Assembly (NCBI GenBank): GCA_947307355.1
Contig: CAMZIV010000001.1
Coordinates: 1 to 50,786 of the forward strand
Direction of reading: 5' to 3'
Origin: an uncultured Candidatus Saccharibacteria bacterium
GTDB taxonomy: Bacteria; Patescibacteriota; Saccharimonadia; Saccharimonadales; Saccharimonadaceae
DNA length: 50,786 nucleotides
The notes beneath the pieces were generated by a model. It saw only the letters and a program-made list of their open reading frames with translations, was not told the DNA's origin and ran no database searches. The position numbers and the translations under genes were made by a program. This document shows, piece after piece, positions 17,173 to 28,084 of this stretch (position 1 is the stretch's first letter; each line of letters begins with the position of its first letter).

Positions 17173-18729
17173 ATGGAATCCGGAAAGGAAAAAGCAATTG
17201 CTCTCTGTAGGGTATCTACTGACGAGCAATTAAAGAACAATAGCCTTAATCGACAAGCGGAAGCGGTAGAAACGATTGCGGAAAAGTATAAACTTGAAAT
17301 AGTGAAAACTTGGAGCGGTAGCGTTTCCAGCAAATCCGGCAAAAACCTGGCTAGAAAAGATTTGAACGAGATGCTTGATTACTGCAAGAAGAACAAGCAG
17401 ATAAGATATGTAGTCGTGGATGAGCCAGACCGCTTTATGCGGTCGTTGGATGAAGGTCTTTGGTATATTGTGGAATTTAAGAGAGTCGGGGTTAGGGTGC
17501 TTTTCTCTGACGATAAATTAAATGGTGAAGATGCCACCGCTAAACTAATGTGCAGCTTCGGGTTATTTAACGGAGAAATTAGTAATGAGGAACGAGCCAG
17601 GAAGACTAAACACGGACACGAAAAAGCCATAAGAGATGGTCGCTATACATTCGTCCCGCCACTCGGTTACATAAGGGGAAAAGTTCGTGGTATTCCAGAG
17701 ATAGACCCAGTCATAGGTCCATTGTTAAAAGCTCAGCTACTTAGAATTGCAAATAAACTGGTGTCCCCTACTGTTGCCTTACAAGACTACAACCGCTCGG
17801 TAGAGACTGCTGGTCTTAAGAAAGCCCCGCTCAAAATGGATAAATGGCGAGTAATATGTACTAACCCATTCTATTGTGGGGTTATTGAGATGAATAAAAT
17901 AGTAAAAGCCTGTAACCCGGATGGGCTACACGAAAAATTAATTTCCAAAGAACAACACGAGAGAATACTGGAAGCATTTAACCGTCGCCCGAAAAATCAA
18001 AAAGGTCCTAATTTCGCCGGCAACCCCCTCTACCCTTTTAACCAGATGATTACCCACGTTGGTTGTCCTTGCACTAAATCAAAATACAATACGTTTGTAG
18101 GAGTTACAGTGAAGAATAATCAAGGGAAGGAATATGAAAAATACCGCTGTCGTGGTTGCTATATGTACATCTCGAGAGAAGAAATGTGTGAGAGGATTGA
18201 GGACATTATATCCTCCCTAGAACTAACGGAGAGTGGTGATAGAGCGGTGAAAGATGCGTTAACCAATGTATTCGAGATGGAAGAAGGTGATATCACAAGC
18301 AGACAAACGCAGCTCTATTCTCAAAGAGCTAATGCAAAAAAAGAAGCAGAGAGAGTTATGGGTGCCTTTCTCGATGCAAAAGAACAGACCACCAAAGACT
18401 ATCTCGAAGAAAAACATAAAGATTTGGTAGGAAGAATCAAAAAATACGAGGAAGAGATTGATAACCTAGGTAATTTTGAAGCTATGGAAAGCCAACGCTT
18501 CATCGATTTTGCCTTTGATTTCATCAATAACCTCGTTCATAGTATTCTCAGTCTACCCCCTAAAGAAATGCAGTTGTGTAAACAATTATTATTTCCTGAT
18601 GGTTTTTGCGTAGATAATGATGGAAATGTTTACACGACTAAAATCAGCCCAATTTACAGATTGAGGCAATTCAAAAAAGACTCTCACGAGTCTTCAAATT
18701 CCCTGGTGGTGCGAATGAAGAGACTCTAA
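17173..18729 (+). CDS. Large serine recombinase (integrase)
   Basis: ALCRVSTDEQ catalytic Ser, DRFMR, PPLGY, NPFYCG, HEKLIS, zinc-ribbon Cys, coiled coil; start placed at ATG 17173 after SD GGGAG. Confidence 0.95.
   Translation: MESGKEKAIALCRVSTDEQLKNNSLNRQAEAVETIAEKYKLEIVKTWSGSVSSKSGKNLARKDLNEMLDYCKKNKQIRYVVVDEPDRFMRSLDEGLWYIVEFKRVGVRVLFSDDKLNGEDATAKLMCSFGLFNGEISNEERARKTKHGHEKAIRDGRYTFVPPLGYIRGKVRGIPEIDPVIGPLLKAQLLRIANKLVSPTVALQDYNRSVETAGLKKAPLKMDKWRVICTNPFYCGVIEMNKIVKACNPDGLHEKLISKEQHERILEAFNRRPKNQKGPNFAGNPLYPFNQMITHVGCPCTKSKYNTFVGVTVKNNQGKEYEKYRCRGCYMYISREEMCERIEDIISSLELTESGDRAVKDALTNVFEMEEGDITSRQTQLYSQRANAKKEAERVMGAFLDAKEQTTKDYLEEKHKDLVGRIKKYEEEIDNLGNFEAMESQRFIDFAFDFINNLVHSILSLPPKEMQLCKQLLFPDGFCVDNDGNVYTTKISPIYRLRQFKKDSHESSNSLVVRMKRL
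18673..18695 (-). terminator. Terminator for tRNA-Gly embedded in the recombinase CDS
   Basis: Minus strand AAGACTC-GTGA-GAGTCTT-TTTT, ~11 nt after the tRNA CCA. Confidence 0.65.
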
Positions 18730-18783
18730 CTCTCGACCTCTTCCTTGGCAAGGAAGCGCTCTAAACAACTGAGCTACATTCGC
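18707..18783 (-). tRNA. tRNA-Gly(GCC), integration target
   Basis: GCGAATG/CATTCGC acceptor, CTTCC-TTGCCAA-GGAAG anticodon arm, ACCA; TTGCAA-17-TATAAT promoter upstream. Confidence 0.93.
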
Positions 18784-18874
18784 ACGTCGTATGGTTATTA
18801 TAGCGCATATCTTGATTTTTTGCAAATATTTTATATAATATAAGCATAATTATTAAAAATAAAAACATAATATT

Positions 18875-19852
18875 ATGAATCTAATTCTTCCAATTGTGTT
18901 ATTAATTGTAGGCTTTGTTCTGCTCATAAAAGGTGCGGACTGGTTGGTTGATGGAGCTTCATCTATTGCGACGCATTTTAGGGTCTCTAAAACTTTGATT
19001 GGGCTTACGATTATTGCTTTTGGTACAAGCGCACCAGAGCTTGCGGTGTCGATTTCGTCACTTGCGAATGGTTCAACTGACATGTTACTTGGTAACGTGA
19101 TTGGTAGTAATATTATGAATGTACTCCTTCTTATCGGGATTGGTGCAATTATTTGTCCAATTAAAGTAAGTCATGCAACTACCAAAAAAGAGTTGCCGAT
19201 TCTGTTGCTTATTTCCACAGCATTAGTAATTTTATTCTTTGATGTTTCTTTAAATAACGCGTCGTCTAATTCTATCACTAGAAGTGATGCGATTATTTGT
19301 CTTTTGTTCTTTGCGATTTTCCTTTACTACTTAATTGTAATGGCTAAGCGTAATCGTGAAGCTACAACTATTAAGAAAGAAAAACCAAAATATAAAATGG
19401 GGCTAGCAATTATAATGACTTTAATTGGGCTAGCTGGTCTAGTTGGCGGTTCTCAACTCGTGGTGAGTAATGCTACAGAAATTGCACGTGCGATGGGCAT
19501 ATCTGACCGTATTATTGCTTTAACTATCATCGCTCTCGGTACGTCTTTGCCAGAACTCGTGACTACGGTAATTGCGGCGCGTAAGAAAGAAACCGATCTA
19601 ATTGTTGGCAATATTATTGGTTCAAATATATTTAATATTTGTATTGTAATGGGAGTGCCGGTGGCAATTTTTGGTGCGATTACGCCAGAAAGCTTCCAAT
19701 ATGTAGATATATTTATGATGATTCTGTCGGCTTTGCTTCTCTTTATTATGACGAGGCATGATAAAAATATTTCGCGGCGTGAAGGCGTGTTGATGTTATT
19801 GGTATTTGCGGCTTATTACGGATATATTATATACGAGGGGTTGATGGTATGA
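18875..19852 (+). CDS. Calcium/sodium antiporter (YrbG family)
   Basis: Two alpha repeats GTSAPEL / GTSLPEL, GNVIGSNI / GNIIGSNI. Confidence 0.95.
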   Translation: MNLILPIVLLIVGFVLLIKGADWLVDGASSIATHFRVSKTLIGLTIIAFGTSAPELAVSISSLANGSTDMLLGNVIGSNIMNVLLLIGIGAIICPIKVSHATTKKELPILLLISTALVILFFDVSLNNASSNSITRSDAIICLLFFAIFLYYLIVMAKRNREATTIKKEKPKYKMGLAIIMTLIGLAGLVGGSQLVVSNATEIARAMGISDRIIALTIIALGTSLPELVTTVIAARKKETDLIVGNIIGSNIFNICIVMGVPVAIFGAITPESFQYVDIFMMILSALLLFIMTRHDKNISRREGVLMLLVFAAYYGYIIYEGLMV

Positions 19853-20772
19853 ATTGGATAGCGATGGTGGGCATCGCAATCTTCTGTGATGCAATTCGTA
19901 TATTTATCGATAATTATGTCACTGATGTTTATTATAAAAAACGTGGGGCTGTAGCTCAGAAATTGTTTTATGGCACTTGTTATATCGTGTCGATGTCAAT
20001 TTTTTTGCCTTTTTCTGGTTTGGATTGGGGAAATTTAAATTTTGTAACAATCGGGATGCTTATTTGTGCGGGTATTGTTTCGGCATTGTCAGGGATTACT
20101 TATTATCGCGCAATTGAAATTGAAGATACTACTGAAGTAAGTATCTTTTTCCAATTAATGCCGGTTGCATACTTAATTGCTGGATGGCTATTTCTTGGTG
20201 AGCGTATTTCGCTCCTTCAGTTGGCGGCGTTTTTGGTAATCCTTGCGGCGCCTTTCCTTATTGTGTTCTCTGCTAAAAAGCGTAGTCGTAAGGTGAAATT
20301 TCGTGCAGTGTTTTTGATCTTGTTTTATGTTTTGCTTTCGGTTTCAGCCAATATGATCTTTCTTACTTCTGAATCCGAATCACTTGGAATATATCAAAAG
20401 ATTGGTTTTGTACTTTTGGGCAAGGGAATTGGAAATGTTGGGATTGTATTGTTCAGCCCAAAGATTCATCGTCGTTTCAGGAATGTGATGAAAGCTTCTG
20501 GACTTAAGATTTATCGCCCAATGCTTACTGACTTTAGTATTGGGTTAGTTTGTGAATTCTTATATCGTGCTGCTCTCGTTGCAGCTCCAGCAGCGGCGTT
20601 GGCTTCTGCGGTAGGTGATGCGAGTGAACCGATAATTATATTCTTCTTGGGAATTCTGTTTACCATCCTTTGGCCAAACTTTGGACGCGAGAAACTTGAT
20701 AAGAAAACAGTGTTCGTCCATTTGATTGCTACACTCCTGGTGGTAGGTGGCATCGTAATGTTACAATTCTGA
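19849..20772 (+). CDS. EamA/DMT family transporter
   Basis: About 10 TM; LFLGERISLLQ and REKL..K repeats. Confidence 0.8.
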   Translation: MNWIAMVGIAIFCDAIRIFIDNYVTDVYYKKRGAVAQKLFYGTCYIVSMSIFLPFSGLDWGNLNFVTIGMLICAGIVSALSGITYYRAIEIEDTTEVSIFFQLMPVAYLIAGWLFLGERISLLQLAAFLVILAAPFLIVFSAKKRSRKVKFRAVFLILFYVLLSVSANMIFLTSESESLGIYQKIGFVLLGKGIGNVGIVLFSPKIHRRFRNVMKASGLKIYRPMLTDFSIGLVCEFLYRAALVAAPAAALASAVGDASEPIIIFFLGILFTILWPNFGREKLDKKTVFVHLIATLLVVGGIVMLQF

Positions 20773-20798
20773 TTCTATGCTATAATAGAATAAGGCAT

Positions 20799-20872
20799 GG
20801 TGCTTTGGCGGAGTGGTTACGCAGCGGTCTGCAAAACCGCGTACACCGGTTCAATTCCGGTAGGCACCTCCA
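20799..20872 (+). tRNA. tRNA-Cys(GCA)
   Basis: GCGGT-CTGCAAA-ACCGC anticodon arm, GGTTCAATTCC T-arm, TCCA end. Confidence 0.96.
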
Positions 20873-20901
20873 TAATTTAATAATTAATAAAGGAGATTAA
20901 A

Positions 20902-21474
20902 ATGCCAGTATGGGCAATCGTACTCCTGATTATTGTGGGCGTAGTTTTACTCTTTGCCGTAATAATCGCAGGGATGTACAATACTTTAGTAAAACTTAAC
21001 ACTCGTGTAGACGAAGCATGGTCTGATATTACTGTGCAACTTAAGCGCCGTGCAGATCTTATCCCAAACTTGGTTTCAACTGTTAAAGGTTATGCCAAGC
21101 ACGAAAGCGAAGCTATCAAACAAGTTTCTGATGCTCGTGCCAAGATGATGGGTGCAAGAAGCGTTGCAAGTACTGCTGAAGCAGATCGTTCGATGCTCGG
21201 TGCACTTTCTCGCATTATGGCAATCTCTGAGTCTTATCCAGATCTTAAGGCTGATAAGAACTTCCAACAACTTTCTACCGAACTTACTGACACCGAAGAC
21301 AAAGTTCAAGCATCTCGCCGTTTCTACAACGCTGGTGTTAAAGAACTTAATACTAAAATTAGTATTTTCCCATATAACATTTTGTTCCACAGCTTTAAGA
21401 AACGCGACTTCTATAATGTAGAAGAGAGCGAATACAAAGCCATGGACAAAGCTGCTCCAAAGGTAGAGTTCTAA
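20902..21474 (+). CDS. lemA: LemA family protein
   Basis: AWSDITVQLKRRADLIPNLV, YPDLKA, RRFYN. Confidence 0.96.
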   Translation: MPVWAIVLLIIVGVVLLFAVIIAGMYNTLVKLNTRVDEAWSDITVQLKRRADLIPNLVSTVKGYAKHESEAIKQVSDARAKMMGARSVASTAEADRSMLGALSRIMAISESYPDLKADKNFQQLSTELTDTEDKVQASRRFYNAGVKELNTKISIFPYNILFHSFKKRDFYNVEESEYKAMDKAAPKVEF

Positions 21475-21480
21475 TTAAAA

Positions 21481-22339
21481 ATGTATAAGCAAATAGCCCA
21501 GAATAAACGCAAGACGATTTATCTTATCATAGTTTTTGTCGTGATGATCGCTGCGATTGCTGGGCTTTTTGCTTGGTTTTATAACGATGTTTGGATTGCT
21601 GTATGGGTCACTATCGGAGCGATTGTATACGCAATAATACAATACTTTGCTTCCGCATCGATTGCTACGACATTGACCGGTGCAAAACAAATTGAAAAGA
21701 AAGACAATCCAAGATTTTATAATGTGGTGGAGAATTTGTCGATCACGACAGGTTTGCCAATGCCAAAAGTTTATATTATTGATGATACAGCGCCAAATGC
21801 GTTTGCGACTGGACGTGATCCGAAGCATGCGGTGGTAGCGGCAACTTCTGGGTTGATTGATATTATGGACGATAAGGAACTTACGGCAGTGATGGCGCAT
21901 GAAATGTCGCATGTGAAAAATTATGATATTAGAGTTTCGATGATTGTGTTTGGTCTTGTGTGCGTGGTTGGTTTGGTTTCTGATATTGCATTTCGCATGA
22001 TGTTTTATGGGAACAGGCGTCGCAATAATGAAGGTAGCCCAGTGGGCTATGCTCTAATTATTATTTCGGCAATTTTGGCGCCGATTTTTGCGTCAATTGT
22101 ACAAATGGCTGTGTCACGCCAACGCGAATATTTGGCTGATGCTTCGGCGGTGAATATCACACGTTATCCAGAAGGAATGATTTCTGCGCTTAAAAAATTG
22201 CAATCGCATTCACAGCCGATGAAACGTCAGAATTCTGCAACCGCCTCAATGTATATTAATAATCCTCTTAGAAAAGGTTTCTTTAGTAATTTGTTTAGCA
22301 CTCACCCGCCTATTGAAAAACGTATCGAAAGGCTTGAGC

Positions 22340-22359
<20 letters not shown>
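21481..22359 (+). CDS. htpX: HtpX-like M48 zinc metalloprotease
   Basis: PNAFATG, AHEMSH, SRQREYLAD, STHPP. Confidence 0.93.
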
Positions 22360-25397
<3,038 letters not shown>

Positions 25398-25429
25398 TTT
25401 TTAGCGAGAATGTTGCTATAATAATTATG

Positions 25430-25517
25430 CGGTCTCGTAAGCCTAACGGCTTTCGATCCGTCGTTCGTTAAAATAAATCAAACAAGTTTGATTTATTTTA
25501 TCTCACTCGGTCTCGTA
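25430..25517. repeat. 78-bp hairpin insert flanked by a 10-bp duplication of the tRNA-Glu 5' end
   Basis: CGGTCTCGTA at 25430 and 25508; internal TAAAATAAATCAAAC-AA-GTTTGATTTATTTTA palindrome. Confidence 0.7.
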
Positions 25518-25583
25518 GTATAGCGGTTAGTACATCGGGTTTTCATCCCGACAATGCGGGTTCGACTCCCGCCGAGATCACCA
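25509..25583 (+). tRNA. tRNA-Glu(TTC)
   Basis: TCGGG-TTTTCAT-CCCGA anticodon arm, GGTTCGACTCC, ACCA. Confidence 0.96.
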
Positions 25584-25584
25584 A

Positions 25585-25620
25585 GAATAAAAAGAAGTCC
25601 TTTAGGACTTATTTTTATTC
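25585..25620 (+). terminator. Terminator-like hairpin after tRNA-Glu
   Basis: GAATAAAAA.AAGTCC-TTTA-GGACTT.TTTTTATTC. Confidence 0.75.
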
Positions 25621-25635
25621 TTTGATTTTTGGATA

Positions 25636-25711
25636 GGAGTTGAACCCGCAGGGTTCGCCCGCCGAAGGCGGATAGCGAACTTTAGTGAGCGTCCTCCCGC
25701 CGAGATCACCA
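25636..25711. repeat. tRNA-Glu-linked element: inverted T-arm copy, hairpin and 18-bp direct copy of the tRNA 3' end
   Basis: GGAGTTGAACCCGCA complementary to 25555-25569; CTCCCGCCGAGATCACCA at 25694-25711 equals 25566-25583. Confidence 0.8.
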
Positions 25712-25725
25712 TTTTTTTTGTCATG

Positions 25726-25753
25726 AAAAAAGGCCGAGCTCAAAGTTCGGCCT
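25726..25753 (-). terminator. Terminator of the 25761-26093 ORF
   Basis: Minus strand AGGCCGAAC-TTTGA-GCTCGGCCT-TTTTT. Confidence 0.75.
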
Positions 25754-25760
25754 CATTTAT

Positions 25761-26093
25761 TTAATTTGCTGCTAGTCGCTTTTTCTGGAGTTCTTTATAT
25801 TTTAAATCTCTACTAATAAGAATACTGCTTCCTAAGTTTTCTTCGCGTGTTTTTTTCTTTTTCTTTTGCGCCATTTTAGATTGCTTCATTTTTCTTACTG
25901 AGTAAATTTGCGACTTTTTTCTTTTTTCGAACCAACCTGTTCTTTTTGCTTTTTCATCGACATATACCATGATGAATATGGGTTTGTCTTGCTTGGACTT
26001 CTGTTCCTCCTCTCGCTTGTCATTTTCCAATTTGCCCTCGTAACCGTGGTCTAAGTAACCCTGACTAAGATAGTATTCAAAGGTATTATCCAT
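25761..26093 (-). CDS. Hypothetical Lys-rich protein
   Basis: 110-aa ORF with strong SD AGGAGGGGG, own promoter and terminator. Confidence 0.65.
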   Translation of the reverse strand: MDNTFEYYLSQGYLDHGYEGKLENDKREEEQKSKQDKPIFIMVYVDEKAKRTGWFEKRKKSQIYSVRKMKQSKMAQKKKKKTREENLGSSILISRDLKYKELQKKRLAAN

Positions 26094-26181
26094 AAAAATA
26101 CCCCCTCCTAAAATAAAAAGTACAAGTTAAAATAACTCGCCTAATATAATTATAACAAGTTCTTGGTTAAAAATCAAATGA

Positions 26182-26598
26182 TTAGAATTCGCAAGAATAA
26201 TTATATTCAACGTGGTAGTTGGTTTGTCCGTATGGTGGGTCTGGGTAGAAAATCACAAAAGAAGAGTTTTCGTCGCAGTATTTTTTAATCAAAGGAGCCT
26301 CGCTGGCGTATTTTTCATTATCATAGAGAAGAAATTGGCGGAAGTATACTCGTGCAAAACCGGTTTCTTTGTATTTTCCGATGACGTCAGTAGTGCCATT
26401 TTTAACAATTTTTTTGTAGAAATAATTCTCGTAATAATCTGAAGCGATGTTTTCGATTTTTGATTTGACGCTTCGTTCTGGCGTGTTGAAAAGTTGGATG
26501 GCGATGGCTGCGGCAACAACCAACATCGCAATAATTATTACGACGATAATTGTAATGCGTTCTGCTTCACCTCCACGTTTTTTTCTCGCACGTGCCAT
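26182..26598 (-). CDS. Hypothetical membrane-anchored protein
   Basis: Basic N-terminus followed by a single TM helix. Confidence 0.75.
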   Translation of the reverse strand: MARARKKRGGEAERITIIVVIIIAMLVVAAAIAIQLFNTPERSVKSKIENIASDYYENYFYKKIVKNGTTDVIGKYKETGFARVYFRQFLLYDNEKYASEAPLIKKYCDENSSFVIFYPDPPYGQTNYHVEYNYSCEF

Positions 26599-26642
26599 AA
26601 CTCTATATTACCATAAACTTAATCTTATGGTAATATATAAAT

Positions 26643-28076
26643 ATGAGCAAATTATTTAAACGTACTAAAATTTTAGCAACGATCGGGCCGTCGGTGTTTG
26701 GGGCGGAAAAAGTAGAAGAAATTATTATGGCCGGTGTAAATGGGTGTAGACTCAACTGTTCTCATGGTACTAACGAAGAGCGTGATGAACAGATTAAATG
26801 GATTCGTGATGCGGCCGCAAAGAAAGGTCGTTCAGTGGCAATCTTGCAAGATTTGCAAGGGCCAAAGATTCGTCTTGGTGCAATTAAGGATAACCACTTG
26901 GATCTTAAGGTGGGTGATGAATTAGTTTTGGAAGCTAAAGAAGGCTTTGAACATGATGGTGGCATGACCGTGCCAATTCAGTACAACTTGGCAGAGAAGG
27001 TTAAAGTTGGCGAACCGCTTTCAATGTTTGATGGCAAAGTAAAAAGTGAAGTAGTTGAAATTGTCTCTGACACTGCTATTAAAGTTGAAATTAAGAATGA
27101 TGGTTTTATTATGTCGAAAAAGGGTCTTAATCTTCCAGACACAGATTTTGGTGGCGACATTTTAACCGAAAAAGATTTGGCAGATATTGAATATGGTGCC
27201 GGACAAGATTATGATTATGTGGCGCTTTCGTTTGTGCAGACTGCTAGCGATATTGAAAAACTAAAACAGATTCTTCTGTCTTATGGTTCTACTGCAAAAG
27301 TAATTGCAAAGATTGAGACTAAAAAAGCCATTTCTTCCGATGAAAATCTTGAAGCAATCGTAAAAGCTGCCGATGGTATTATGGTGGCCCGTGGTGATAT
27401 GGCAGTTGAAGCTGGTGCCGAGGTAGTACCAATTGTACAACGCAAGTTGATTGCGCTTTGTCGCAAGAATTCCAAACTTTGTATTGTGGCAACTCAAATG
27501 ATGGGCTCGATGGTAGAATCTCCAGAACCAACTCGTGCAGAAGTTTCTGATGTGGCCAATGCGGTAATTCAGGGTGCGGACGTAGTAATGCTTTCTGACG
27601 AAACAGCAAATGGCAAATATCCAGTCGAAGCTGTGACAGAAATGAAGAAGGTAATTCTTTATGCACAGAATCATTCTCGTATTGCTCACATTTCGGATTT
27701 GCCGGTGGGTAAGTTTGAGGTATATGATGCGATTTCTGATACTGCAGCTCGTCTTGCAGAGAGAATCGATGCTGATGTAATTATTTGTCAGACTGCTTCT
27801 GGTACGACTGCTATTACGATGGCAGCACAACGTCCAAATGTACCAATTATTTCTGTAACGGCTAATGCGCGGGTGGCAAACCAGCTCGCGCTGACATATG
27901 CAAACTCTGCATTTGTAAGGCCATATTCTGAAACGTTTGGTTTTGATCTAGGTAAGGAACTCAAGAAATCTGGGTACTTGCAACTAAAAGAGGGTGAAAA
28001 AGATTTGCTCGCCGTGATTGTTTCCGGTGACAAAGAAAAGATGGGCACAGATACTATCCAAGTAAGACATATTTAA
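26643..28076 (+). CDS. pyk: Pyruvate kinase
   Basis: RTKILATIGPS, DLQGPKIR, IAKIE, MVARGDM, ATQM, PTRAEVSD. Confidence 0.98.
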   Translation: MSKLFKRTKILATIGPSVFGAEKVEEIIMAGVNGCRLNCSHGTNEERDEQIKWIRDAAAKKGRSVAILQDLQGPKIRLGAIKDNHLDLKVGDELVLEAKEGFEHDGGMTVPIQYNLAEKVKVGEPLSMFDGKVKSEVVEIVSDTAIKVEIKNDGFIMSKKGLNLPDTDFGGDILTEKDLADIEYGAGQDYDYVALSFVQTASDIEKLKQILLSYGSTAKVIAKIETKKAISSDENLEAIVKAADGIMVARGDMAVEAGAEVVPIVQRKLIALCRKNSKLCIVATQMMGSMVESPEPTRAEVSDVANAVIQGADVVMLSDETANGKYPVEAVTEMKKVILYAQNHSRIAHISDLPVGKFEVYDAISDTAARLAERIDADVIICQTASGTTAITMAAQRPNVPIISVTANARVANQLALTYANSAFVRPYSETFGFDLGKELKKSGYLQLKEGEKDLLAVIVSGDKEKMGTDTIQVRHI

Positions 28077-28084
28077 GGAGAAAT

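Larger units (their letters stand above)
11852..18712. mobile_element. Serine-recombinase integrative island at the 3' end of tRNA-Gly(GCC)
   Basis: TGGTGC-N5-AAGAG at both ends (cores 11852-11857 and 18707-18712); recombinase ORF runs into the tRNA; removing the island leaves tRNA-ACCA-TTTTT, as seen after tRNA-Leu. Confidence 0.8.

Noticed and set aside
18707..18783. tRNA-Gly as a pseudogene damaged by integration
   Set aside because: All stems pair, the promoter and CCA are intact, and the T-loop change is compensated in the D-loop on the host side of the core
25566..25711. tRNA-Glu 3' duplication as the att pair of a prophage
   Set aside because: Only ~110 bp lie between the copies and there is no integrase; treated as a miniature element
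25726..26150. 5'-3' pairing in the 25761-26093 transcription unit
   Set aside because: Only a bulged partial match to the terminator arm; not distinguishable from chance
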